A stretch of 64,000 nt of DNA from Utricularia gibba (lineage: Eukaryota > Plantae > Magnoliophyta): positions 1 through 64,000 of the forward strand of contig NEEC01000247.1 in assembly GCA_002189035.1 (NCBI GenBank), read 5' to 3'. The position numbers and the translations under genes were made by a program. Numbering within the stretch: position 1 is the first letter of the stretch; the number at the start of each line of letters is the position of its first letter. This document shows positions 42,601 through 55,372 of the stretch, piece by piece. The notes below the pieces were generated by a model, which saw only the letters and a list, made by a program, of their open reading frames with translations, was not told the origin of the DNA and did not search any database.

Positions 42601-45318
42601 TGCATCACGATTTTCGTCGAATAGGACCCGATTGGGCTCAGGAGTCGAACCGAACCTTGGGTCCGGATGAACTTCCCAACGAAAGCACCCACCCAAAAAC
42701 GACAAGCTTTTCCTTCAGAAACATGTAGGCAGCTGCCGAAAACCCAACGTTAATAAATGGATCACTTTTTTTGCCGGGCTACAAATGACTATGGGCCCGA
42801 GCCCGACCGACCTCCGGCCGATCCTGGTGCCCCTCGAGAGCGCCTCCTCAAATATAAAGCTTGTGGTTGGAAAACCATTTGGGGTGCTCATGACATCCTA
42901 ACTTCAATAAATGCATCACGATTTTCGTCGAATAGGACCCGATGGGCTCAGGAGTCGAACCGAACCTTGGGTCCGGATGAACTTCCCAACGAAAGCACCC
43001 ACCAAAAACGACAAGCTTTTCCTTCAGAAACCATGTAGGCAGCTGCCGAAAACCCAACGTTAATAAATGGATCACTTTTTTTCCCGGGCTACAAATGACT
43101 ATGGGCCGAGCCCGACCGACCTCCGGCCCGATCCTGGTGCCCCTCGAGAGCGCCTCCTCAAATATAAAGCTTGTGGATGAGAAAACCATTTGGGGTGCTC
43201 ATGACATCCTAACTTCAATAAATGCATCACGATTTTCGTCGAATAGGACCCGATTGGGCTCAGGAGTCGAACGAACCTTGGGTCCGGATGAACTTCCCAA
43301 CGAAAGCACCCACCCAAAAACGACAAGCTTTTCCTTCAGAAACAATGTAGGCAGCTGCCGAAAACCCAACGTTAATAAATGGATCACTTTTTTTGCCGGG
43401 CTACAAATGACTATGGGCCCGATTCGACGACCTCCGGCCCGATCCTAGTGCCCTCGAGAGCGCCTCCTCAAATAAAAAGTTGTGGTTGAAAACCATTTGG
43501 GGTGCTCATGACATCCTAACTTCAATAAATGCATCACGATTTTCGTCGAATAGGACCCGATTGGCTCAGGAGTCGAACCGAACCTTGGGTCCGGATGAAC
43601 TTCCCAACGAAAGCACCCACCAAAAACGACAAGCTTTTCCTTCAGAAACCATGTAGGCAGCTGCCGAAAACCCAACGTTAATAAATGGATCACTTTTTTT
43701 TCCCGGGCTACAAATGACTATGGCCCGAGCCCGACCCGACCTCCGGCCCGATCCTGTGCCCCTCGAGAGCGCCTCCTCAAATATAAAGCTTGTGGATGAG
43801 AAAACCATTTGGGGTGCTCATGACATCCTAACTTCAATAAATGCATCACGATTTTCGTCGAATAGGACCCGATTGGGCTCAGGAGTCGAACGAACCTTGG
43901 GTCCGGATGAACTTCCCAACGAAAGCACCCACCCAAAAACGACAAGCTTTTCCTTCAGAAAACATGTAGGCAGCTGCCGAAAACCCAACGTTAATAAATG
44001 GATCACTTTTTTTGCCGGGCTACAAATGACTATGGGCCCGACGACCGACCTCCGGCCGATCCTGGTGCCCCTCGAGAGCGCCTCCTCAAATAAAAAGCTT
44101 GTGGTTGAAAAACCATTTGGGGTGCTCATGACATCCTAACTTCAATAAATGCATCACGATTTTCGTCGAATAGGACCCGATTGGGCTCAGGAGTCGAACC
44201 GAACCTTGGGTCCGATGAACTTCCCAACGAAAGCACCCACCCAAAAACGACAAGCTTTTCCTTCAGAAACATGTAGGCAGCTGCCGAAAACCCAACGTTA
44301 ATAAATGGATCACTTTTTTTGCCGGGCTACAAATGACTATGGGCCCGAGCCCGACCCGACCTGCCCGATCCTGGTGCCCCTCGAGAGCGCCTCCTCAAAT
44401 AAGCTTGTGGATGAGAAAACCATTTGGGGTGCTCATGACATCCTAACTTCAATAAATGCATCACGATTTTCGTCGAATAGGACCCGATTGGGCTCAGGAG
44501 TCGAACGAACCTTGGGTCCGGATGAACTTCCCAACGAAAGCACCCACCAAAAACGACAAGCTTTTCCTTCAGAAACATGTAGGCAGCTGCCGAAAACCCA
44601 ACGTTAATAAATGGATCACTTTTTTTGCCGGGCTACAAATGACTATGGCCCGACGACCGACCTCCGGCCGATCCTAGTGCCCCTCGAGAGCGCCTCCTCA
44701 AATAAAGCTTGTGGGAAAACCATTTGGGTGCTCATGACATCCTAACTTCAATAAATGCATCACGATTTTCGTCGAATAGGACCCGATTGGGCTCAGGAGT
44801 CGAACCGAACCTTGGGTCCGGATGAACTTCCCAACGAAAGCACCCACCCAAAAACGACAAGCTTTTCCTTCAGAAACAATGTAGGCAGCTGCCGAAAACC
44901 CAACGTTAATAAATGGATCACTTTTTTTGCCGGGCTACAAATGACTATGGGCCCGAGCCCGACCCGACCTCCGGCCCGATCCTGGTGCCCCTCGAGAGCG
45001 CCTCCTCAAATATAAAGCTTGTGGATGAGAAAACCATTTGGGGTGCTCATGACATCCTAACTTCAATAAATGCATCACGATTTTCGTCGAATAGGACCCG
45101 ATTGGGCTCAGGAGTCGAACGAACCTTGGGTCCGGATGAACTTCCCAACGAAAGCACCCACCCAAAAACGACAAGCTTTTCCTTCAGAAACATGTAGGCA
45201 GCTGCCGAAAACCCAACGTTAATAAATGGATCACTTTTTTTGCCGGGCTACAAATGACTATGGGCCGACGACCTCCGGCCGATCCTAGTGCCCCTCGAGA
45301 GCGCCTCCTCAAAATAAA

Positions 45319-45455
45319 GTTGTCATTTGGGGTGCTCATGAAATGCATCACGAAATCGGGTATATACAAATGACTATGGGCCCGAGCCCGACCGACCTCC
45401 GGCCCGATCCTGGTGCCCCTCGAGAGCGCCTCCTCAAATAAAGCTTGTGGATGAG
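45319..45455 (+). repeat. Truncated monomer (~137 bp) missing about one internal half-unit
   Basis: The sequence ...GTGCTCATG-AAATGCATCACGA-AATCGGGTATA-TACAAATGACTATGGG jumps from half 1 to the homologous point of half 2. Confidence 0.85.
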
Positions 45456-48400
45456 AAAACCATTTGGGGTGCTCATGACATCCTAACTTCAATAAATGCA
45501 TCACGATTTTCGTCGAATAGGACCCGATGGGCTCAGGAGTCGAACGAACCTTGGGTCCGGATGAACTTCCCAACGAAAGCACCCACCCAAAAACGACAAG
45601 CTTTTCCTTCAGAAACAATGTAGGCAGCTGCCGAAAACCCAACGTTAATAAATGGATCACTTTTTTTGCCGGGCTACAAATGACTATGGGCCCGAGCCCG
45701 ACCCGACCTCCGGCCCGATCCTGGTGCCCCTCGAGAGCGCCTCCTCAAATATAAAGCTTGTGGATGAGAAAACCATTTGGGGTGCTCATGACATCCTAAC
45801 TTCAATAAATGCATCACGATTTTCGTCGAATAGGACCGATTGGGCTCAGGAGTCGAACCGAACCTTGGTCGGATGAACTTCCCAACGAAAGCACCCACCC
45901 AAAAACGACAAGCTTTTCCTTCAGAAACCATGTAGGCAGCTGCCGAAAACCCAACGTTAATAAATGGATCACTTTTTTTGCCGGGCTACAAATGACTATG
46001 GGCCCGAGAGACCTCCGGCCCGATCCTAGTGCCCCTCGAGAGCGCCTCCTCAAATAAAAAGCTTGTGGTTGAGAAAACCATTTGGGGTGCTCATGACATC
46101 CTAACTTCAATAAATGCATCACGATTTTCGTCGAATAGGACCCGATTGGGCTCAGGAGTCGAACGAACCTTGGGTCCGGACGAACTTCCCAACGAAAGCA
46201 CCCACCCAAAAACGACAAGCTTTTCCTTCAGAAACCATGTAGGCAGCTGCCGAAAACCCAACGTTAATAAATGGATCACTTTTTTTGCCGGGCTACAAAT
46301 GACTATGGGCCCGAGCCCGACCCGACCTCCGGCCGATCCTGGTGCCCTCGAGAGCGCCTCCTCAAATAAAAGCTGTGGATGAGAAAACCATTTGGGGTGC
46401 TCATGACATCCTAACTTCAAAAAATGCATCACGATTTTCGTCGAATAGGACCCGATTGGGCTCAGGAGTCGAACCGAACCTTGGGTCCGGACGAACTTCC
46501 CAACGAAAGCACCCACCCAAAAACGACAAGCTTTTCCTTCAGAAACCATGTAGGCAGCTGCCGAAAACCCAACGTTAATAAATGGATCACTTTTTTTGCC
46601 GGGCTACAAATGACTATGGGCCCGACGACCTCCGCCCGATCCTAGTGCCCCTCGAGAGCGCCTCCTCAAATAAAAAGCTGTGGTTGAGAAAACCATTTGG
46701 GGTGCTCATGACATCCTAACTTCAATAAATGCATCACGATTTTCGTCGAATAGGACCCGATTGGGCTCAGGAGTCGAACCGAACCTTGGGTCCGGATGAA
46801 TCCAACGAAAGCACCCACCCAAAAACGACAAGCTTTTCCTTCAGAAACCATGTAGGCAGCTGCCGAAAACCCAACGTTAATAAATGGATCACTTTTTTTC
46901 CGGGCTACAAATGACTATGGGCCCGAGCCCGCCGACCTCCGGCCCGATCCTGGTGCCCCTCGAGAGCGCCTCCTCAAATATAAAGCTTGTGGATGAGAAA
47001 CCATTTGGGGTGCTCATGACATCCTAACTTCAATAAATGCATCACGATTTTCGTCGAATAGGACCCGATTGGGCTCAGGAGTCGAACGAACCTTGGGTCC
47101 GGATGAACTTCCCAACGAAAGCACCCACCCAAAAACGACAAGCTTTTCCTTCAAAACAATGTAGGCAGCTGCCGAAAACCCAACGTTAATAAATGGATCA
47201 CTTTTTTTGCCGGGCTACAAATGACTATGGGCCCGACGACGACCTCCGGCCGATCCTAGTGCCCCTCGAGAGCGCCTCCTCAATAAAAAGCTGTGGATGA
47301 GAAAACCATTTGGGGTGCTCATGACATCCTAACTTCAATAAATGCATCACGATTTTCGTCGAATAGGACCCGATTGGGCTCAGGAGTCGAACCGAACCTT
47401 GGGTCCGGATGAACTTCCCAACGAAAGCACCCACCCAAAAACGACAAGCTTTTCCTTCAGAAACAATGTAGGCAGCTGCCGAAAACCCAACGTTAATAAA
47501 TGGATCACTTTTTTTTGCCGGGCTACAAATGACTATGGGCCCGAGCCCGACCCGACCTCCGGCCGATCCTGGTGCCCCTCGAGAGCGCCTCCTCAAATAA
47601 AAGCTTGTGGATGAGAAAACCATTTGGGGTGCTCATGACATCCTAACTTCAATAAATGCATCACGATTTTCGTCGAATAGGACCCGATTGGGCTCAGGAG
47701 TCGAACCGAACCTTGGGTCCGGATGAACTTCCCAACGAAAGCACCCACCCAAAAACGACAAGCTTTTCCTTCAGAAACCATGTAGGCAGCTGCCGAAAAC
47801 CCAACGTTAATAAATGGATCACTTTTTTTGCCGGGCTACAAATGACTATGGGCCCGAGCCCGACCCGACCTCCGGCCCGATCCTGGTGCCCCTCGAGAGC
47901 GCCTCCTCAAATATAAAGCTTGTGGATGAGAAAACCATTTGGGGTGCTCATGACATCCTAACTTCAATAAATGCATCACGATTTTCGTCGAATAGGACCG
48001 ATTGGGCTCAGGAGTCGAACCGAACCTTGGGTCCGGATGAACTTCCCAACGAAAGCACCCACCCAAAAACGACAAGCTTTTCCTTCAGAAACCATGTAGG
48101 CAGCTGCCGAAAACCCAACGTTAATAAATGGATCACTTTTTTTGCCGGGCTACAAATGACTATGGGCCCGAGCCGACCCGACCTCCGGCCGATCCTAGTG
48201 CCCCTCGAGAGCGCCTCCTCAAATATAAAGCTTGTGGTGAGAAAACCATTTGGGGTGCTCATGACATCCTAACTTCAAAAAATGCATCACGATTTTCGTC
48301 GAATAGGACCCGATTGGGCTCAGGAGTCGAACCGAACCTTGGGTCCGGATGAACTTCCCAACGAAAGCACCCACCCAAAAACGACAAGCTTTTCCTTCAG

Positions 48401-51400
48401 AAACAATGTAGGCAGCTGCCGAAAACCCAACGTTAATAAATGGATCACTTTTTTTGCCGGGCTACAAATGACTATGGGCCCGAGCGACCCGACCTCCGGC
48501 CGATCCTAGTGCCCCTCGAGAGCGCCTCCTCAAATAAAGCTTGTGGTGAGAAAACCATTTGGGGTGCTCATGACATCCTAACTTCAATAAATGCATCACG
48601 ATTTTCGTCGAATAGGACCCGATTGGGCTCAGGAGTCGAACCGAACCTTGGGTCCGGATGAACTTCCCAAAAGCACCCACCCAAAAACGACAAGCTTTTC
48701 CTTCAGAAACCATGTAGGCAGCTGCCGAAAACCCAACGTTAATAAATGGATCACTTTTTTTGCCGGGCTACAAATGACTATGGGCCGAGCCCGACCGACC
48801 TCCGGCCCGATCCTGGTGCCCCTCGAGAGCGCCTCCTCAAATATAAAAGCTTGTGGATGAGAAAACCATTTGGGGTGCTCATGACATCCTAACTTCAATA
48901 AATGCATCACGATTTTCGTCGAATAGGACCCGATTGGGCTCAGGAGTCGAACCGAACCTTGGGTCCGGATGAACTTCCCAACGAAAGCACCCACCCAAAA
49001 ACGACAAGCTTTTCCTTCAGAAACAATGTAGGCAGCTGCCGAAAACCCAACGTTAATAAATGGATCACTTTTTTTGCCGGGCTACAAATGACTATGGGCC
49101 CGAGTTCGACCCGACCTCCGGCCGATCCTAGTGCCCCTCGAGCGCCTCCTCAAATAAAAAGCATGTGGTTGAGAAAACCATTTGGGGTGCTCATGACATC
49201 CTAACTTCAATAAATGCATCACGATTTTCGTCGAATAGGACCCGATTGGGCTCAGGAGTCGAACCGAACCTTGGGTCCGGATGAACTTCCCAACGAAAGC
49301 ACCCACCCAAAAACGACAAGCTTTTCCTTCAGAAACCATGTAGCAGCTGCCGAAAACCCAACGTTAATAAATGGATCACTTTTTTTTGCCGGGCTACAAA
49401 TGACTATGGGCCCGAGCCGACCTCCGGCCCGATCCTAGTGCCCCTCGAGAGCGCCTCCTCAATAAAAAGCTTGTGGATGAGAAAACCATTTGGGGTGCTC
49501 ATGACATCCTAACTTCAATAAATGCATCACGATTTTCGTCGAATAGGACCCGATTGGGCTCAGGAGTCGAACCGAACCTTGGGTCCGGATGAACTTCCCA
49601 ACGAAAGCACCCACCCAAAAACGACAAGCTTTTCCTTCAGAAACCATGTAGGCAGCTGCCGAAAACCCAACGTTAATAAATGGATCACTTTTTTTGCCGG
49701 GCTACAAATGACTATGGGCCCGAGCCCGACCCGACCTCCGGCCGATCCTGGTGCCCCTCGAGAGCGCCTCCTCAAATATAAAGCTTGTGGATGAGAAAAC
49801 CATTTGGGTGCTCATGACATCCTAACTTCAAAAAAATGCATCACGATTTTCGTCGAATAGGACCCGATTGGGCTCAGGAGTCGAACCGAACCTTGGGTCC
49901 GGATGAACTTCCCACGAAAGCACCCACCCAAAAACGACAAGCTTTTCCTTCAGAAACCATGTAGGCAGCTGCCGAAAACCCAACGTTAATAAATGGATCA
50001 CTTTTTTTGCCGGGCTACAAATGACTATGGGCCCGAGCGAAGACCTCCGCCCGATCCTAGTGCCCCTCGAGAGCGCCTCCTCAAATAAAAAGCTTGTGGT
50101 TGAGAAAACCATTTGGGGTGCTCATGACATCCTAACTTCAATAAATGCATCACGATTTTCGTCGAATAGGACCCGATTGGGCTCAGGAGTCGAACCGAAC
50201 CTTGGGTCCGGACGAACTTCCCAACAAAGCACCCACCCAAAAACGACAAGCTTTTCCTTCAGAAACCATGTAGGCAGCTGCCGAAAACCCAACGTTAATA
50301 AATGGATCACTTTTTTTGCCGGGCTACAAATGACTATGGGGCCGAGCCCGACCGACCTCCGGCCCGATCCTGGTGCCCCTCGAGAGCGCCTCCTCAAATA
50401 TAAAGCTTGTGGATGAGAAAACCATTTGGGGTGCTCATGACATCCTAACTTCAATAAATGCATCACGATTTTCGTCGAATAGGACCCGATTGGGCTCAGG
50501 AGTCGAACGAACCTTGGGTCCGGATGAACTTCCCAACGAAAGCACCCACCCAAAAACGACAAGCTTTTCCTTCAGAAACAATGTAGGCAGCTGCCGAAAA
50601 CCCAACGTTAATAAATGGATCACTTTTTTTGCCGGGCTACAAATGACTATGGGCCCGAGCCCGACCCGACCTCCGGCCGATCCTAGTGCCCCTCGAGAGC
50701 GCCTCCTCAAATAAAAAGCTGTGGTTGAGAAAACCATTTGGGGTGCTCATGACATCCTAACTTCAAAAAAATGCATCACGATTTTCGTCGAATAGGACCC
50801 GATTGGGCTCAGGAGTCGAACCGAACCTTGGGTCCGGACGAACTTCCCAACGAAGCACCCACCAAAAACGACAAGCTTTTCCTTCAGAAACCATGTAGGC
50901 AGCTGCCGAAAACCCAACGTTAATAAATGGATCACTTTTTTTGCCGGGCTACAAATGACTATGGGCCCGAGTTCGACGACCTCCGGCCCGATCCTAGTGC
51001 CCCTCGAGAGCGCCTCCTCAAATATAAAGCTTGTGGTTGAGAAAACCATTTGGGGTGCTCATGACATCCTAACTTCAATAAATGCATCACGATTTTTCGA
51101 ATAGGACCCGATTGGGCTCAGGAGTCGAACCGAACCTTGGGTCCGGATGAACTTCCCAACGAAAGCACCCAACCAAAAACGACAAGCTTTTCCTTCAGAA
51201 ACCATGTAGGCAGCTGCCGAAAACCCAACGTTAATAAATGGATCACTTTTTTTGCCGGGCTACAAATGACTATGGGCCCGAGCCCGACCCGACCTCCGGC
51301 CCGATCCTGGTGCCCCTCGAGAGCGCCTCCTCAAATATAAAGCTTGTGGATGAGAAAACCATTTGGGGTGCTCATGACATCCTAACTTCAAAAAATGCAT

Positions 51401-53517
51401 CACGATTTTCGTCGAATAGGACCCGATTGGGCTCAGGAGTCGAACCGAACCTTGGGTCCGGATGAACTTCCCAAAAAGCACCCACCAAAAACGACAAGCT
51501 TTTCCTTCAGAAACCATGTAGGCAGCTGCCGAAAACCCAACGTTAATAAATGGATCACTTTTTTTGCCGGGCTACAAATGACTATGGGCCCGAGCCCGAC
51601 GACCTCCGGCCCGATCCTAGTGCCCCTCGAGAGCGCCTCCTCAAATAAAAGCTGTGGTTGAGAAAACCATTTGGGGTGCTCATGACATCCTAACTTCAAT
51701 AAATGCATCACGATTTTCGTCGAATAGGACCCGATTGGGCTCAGGAGTCGAACCGAACCTTGGGTCCGGATGAACTTCCCAACGAAAGCACCCACCCAAA
51801 AACGACAAGCTTTTCCTTCAGAAACCATGTAGGCAGCTGCCGAAAACCCAACGTTAATAAATGGATCACTTTTTTTGCCGGGCTACAAATGACTATGGGC
51901 CGAGCCCGACCGACCTCCGGCCCGATCCTGGTGCCCCTCGAGAGCGCCTCCTCAAATATAAAGCTTGTGGATGAAAACCATTTGGGGTGCTCATGACATC
52001 CTAACTTCAATAAATGCATCACGATTTTCGTCGAATAGGACCCGATTGGGCTCAGGAGTCGAACGAACCTTGGGTCCGGATGAACTTCCCAACGAAAGCA
52101 CCCACCCAAAAACGACAAGCTTTTCCTTCAGAAACAATGTAGGCAGCTGCCGAAAACCCAACGTTAATAAATGGATCACTTTTTTGCCGGGCTACAAATG
52201 ACTATGGGCCCGAGCCCGACCCGACCTCCGGCCCGATCCTGGTGCCCCTCGAGAGCGCCTCCTCAAATATAAAGCTTGTGAGAAAACCATTTGGGGTGCT
52301 CATGACATCCTAACTTCAAAAATGCATCACGATTTTCGTCGAATAGGACCCGATTGGGCTCAGGAGTCGAACCGAACCTTGGGTCCGGACGAATTCCCAA
52401 CGAAAGCACCCACCCAAAAACGACAAGCTTTTCCTTCAGAAACCATGTAGGCAGCTGCCGAAAACCCAACGTTAATAAATGGATCACTTTTTTTGCCGGG
52501 CTACAAATGACTATGGGCCCGAGTGACCTCCGGCCCGATCCTAGTGCCCCTCGAGAGCGCCTCCTCAAATAAAAAGCTTGTGGTGAGAAAACCATTTGGG
52601 GTGCTCATGACATCCTAACTTCAATAAATGCATCACGATTTTCGTCGAATAGGACCCGATTGGGCTCAGGAGTCGAACCGAACCTTGGGTCCGGACGAAC
52701 TTCCCAACGAAAGCACCCACCCAAAAACGACAAGCTTTTCCTTCAGAAACCATGTAGGCAGCTGCCGAAAACCCAACGTTAATAAATGGATCACTTTTTT
52801 TTGCCGGGCTACAAATGACTATGGGCCCGAGCCCGACCGACCTCCGGCCGATCCTGGTGCCCCTCGAGAGCGCCTCCTCAAATAAAAGCTTGTGGTTGAG
52901 AAAACCATTTGGGGTGCTCATGACATCCTAACTTCAAAAAAATGCATCACGATTTTCGTCGAATAGGACCCGATTGGGCTCAGGAGTCGAACCGAACCTT
53001 GGGTCCGGACGAACTTCCCAACGAAAGCACCCACCCAAAAACGACAAGCTTTTCCTTTAGAAACCATGTAGGCAGCTGCCGAAAACCCAACGTTAATAAA
53101 TGGATCACTTTTTTGCCGGGCTACAAATGACTATGGGCCCGAGCCCGACCGACCTCCGGCCCGATCCTGTGCCCCTCGAGAGCGCCTCCTCAAATATAAA
53201 GCTTGTGGATGAGAAAACCATTTGGGGGTGCTCATGACATCCTAACTTCAAAAATGCATCACGATTTTCGTCGAATAGGACCCGATTGGGCTCAGGAGTC
53301 GAACGAACCTTGGGTCCCTTCCCAACGAAAGCACCCACCCAAAAACGACAAGCTTTTCCTTCAGAAACAATGTAGGCAGCTGCCGAAAACCCAACGTTAA
53401 TAAATGGATCACTTTTTTTGCCGGGCTACAAATGACTATGGGCCCGAGTTCGACCCGACCTCCGGCCGATCCTAGTGCCCCTCGAGAGCGCCTCCTCAAA
53501 TAAAAGCATGTGGTTGA

Positions 53518-55372
53518 GAAAACCATTTGGGGTGCTCATGACATCCTAACTTCAAAAAATGCATCACGATTTTCGTTGAATAGGACCCGATTGGGCGCAG
53601 GAGTCGAACCGAACCTTGGGTCCGGATGAACTTCCCAACGAAAGCACCCACCCAAAAACGACAAGCTTTTCCTTCAGAAACAATGTAGGCAGCTGCCGAA
53701 AACCCAACGTTAATAAATGGATCACTTTTTTGCCGGGCTACAAATGACTATGGGCCCGAGCCCGACCCGACCTCCAGCCCGATCCTGGTGCCCCTCGAGA
53801 GCGCCTCCTCAAATATAAATCTTGTGGATGAGAAAACCATTTGGGGTGCTCATGACATCCTAACTTCAAAAAAATGCATGTTGATTTTGTTGAATAGACC
53901 CGATTGGCTCAGGAGTCGAACCGAACCTTGTGTCCGGATGAAACTTCCCAATGAAAGCACCAACCAAAAACGACAAGCTTTTCCTTCAGAAACCATGTAA
54001 GCAGCTGCCGAAAACCCAACGTTAATAAATGGATCACTTTTTTTCCCGGGCTACAAATGACTATGGGCCCGAGCCCGACCTGACCTCCGGCCGATCCTGG
54101 TGCCCCTCGAGAGCCCTCCTCAAATATAAAGCTTGTGGATGAGAAAACCATTTGGGGTGCTCATGACATCCTAACTTCAATAAATGCATCACGATTTTCG
54201 TCAAATAGACCTGATTTGGCTCAGGAGTCGAAAAACTTGGGTCTGGACGAAGTTCCCAACGAAGCACCCACCCAAAAAAGACAAGCTTTTCCTTCAGAAA
54301 CAATGTAGGCAGCTGCCGAAAACCCAACGTTAATAAATGGATCACTTTTTTTGCCGGGCTACAAATGACTATGGGCCCGATTCGACAAGACCTCCGGCCG
54401 ATCCTAGTGCCCCTCGAGAGCGCCTCCTCAAATAAAAAGTATGTGGTTGGAAAACCATTTGGGGTGCTCATGACATCCTAACTTCAATAAATGCATCACG
54501 ATTTTCGTTGAATAGGACCCGATTGGGCGCAGGAGTCGAACCGAACCTTGGGTCCGGATGAACTTCCCAACGAAAGCACCCACCAAAAACGACAAGCTTT
54601 TCCTTCAGAAACAATGTAGGCAGCTGCCGAAAACCCAACGTTAATAAATGGATCACTTTTTTTGCCGGGCTACAAATGACTATGGGCCCGAGCCCGACCC
54701 GACCTCCGGCCCGATCCTGGTGCCCCTCGAGCGCCTCCTCAAATATAAATCTTGTGGATGAGAAAGCCATTTGGGGTGCTCATGACATCCTAACTTCAAA
54801 AAATGCATGGATTTTCGTTGAATAGGACCCGATTGGGCTCAGGAGTCGAACCGAACCTTGTCCGGATGAACTTCCCAATGAAAGCACCAAACCAAAAACG
54901 ACAAGCTTTTCCTTCAGAAACCATGTAAGCAGCTGCCGAAAACCCAACGTTAATAAATGGATCACTTTTTTTCCGGGCTACAAATGACTATGGGCCCGAG
55001 CCCGACCGACCTCCGGCCCGATCCTGGTGCCCCTCGAGAGCGCCTCCTCAAATATAAAGCTTGTGGATGAGAAAACCATTTGGGGTGCTCATGACATCCT
55101 AACTTCAATAAATGCATCACGATTTTCGTCAAATAGACCGATTGGCTCAGGAGTCGAACGAAACTTGGGTCGGACGAAGTTCCAACGAAGCACCCACCCA
55201 AAAAAGACAAGCTTTTCCTTCAGAAACAATGTAGGCAGCTGCCGAAAAACCCAACGTTAATAAATGGATCACTTTTTTTGCCGGGCTACAAATGACTATG
55301 GGCCCGATTTCGACAAGACCTCCGGCCGATCCTAGTGCCCTCGAGAGCGCCTCCTCAAATAAAAAAGTGGTT
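53518..55372 (+). repeat. Two consecutive P-Q-R trimers at the start of domain III
   Basis: P at ~53594 and 54524; CCCAATG (Q) at ~53947 and 54874; AAACTTGGG (R) at ~54233 and 55161. Spacing is ~927-930 bp. Confidence 0.75.

Larger units (their letters stand above)
33901..53517 (+). repeat. Array domain II: homogenised CGTCGAA/GGGCTC subfamily lacking the A tail
   Basis: GATTTCGACAAG is not seen between ~33610 and ~54380, and GGGCGCAGG is not seen between ~33130 and ~53594. CGTTGAA appears only at ~34643 and ~40756. CCATGTAGG and GTGGTTGAG tails are common. Confidence 0.8.
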
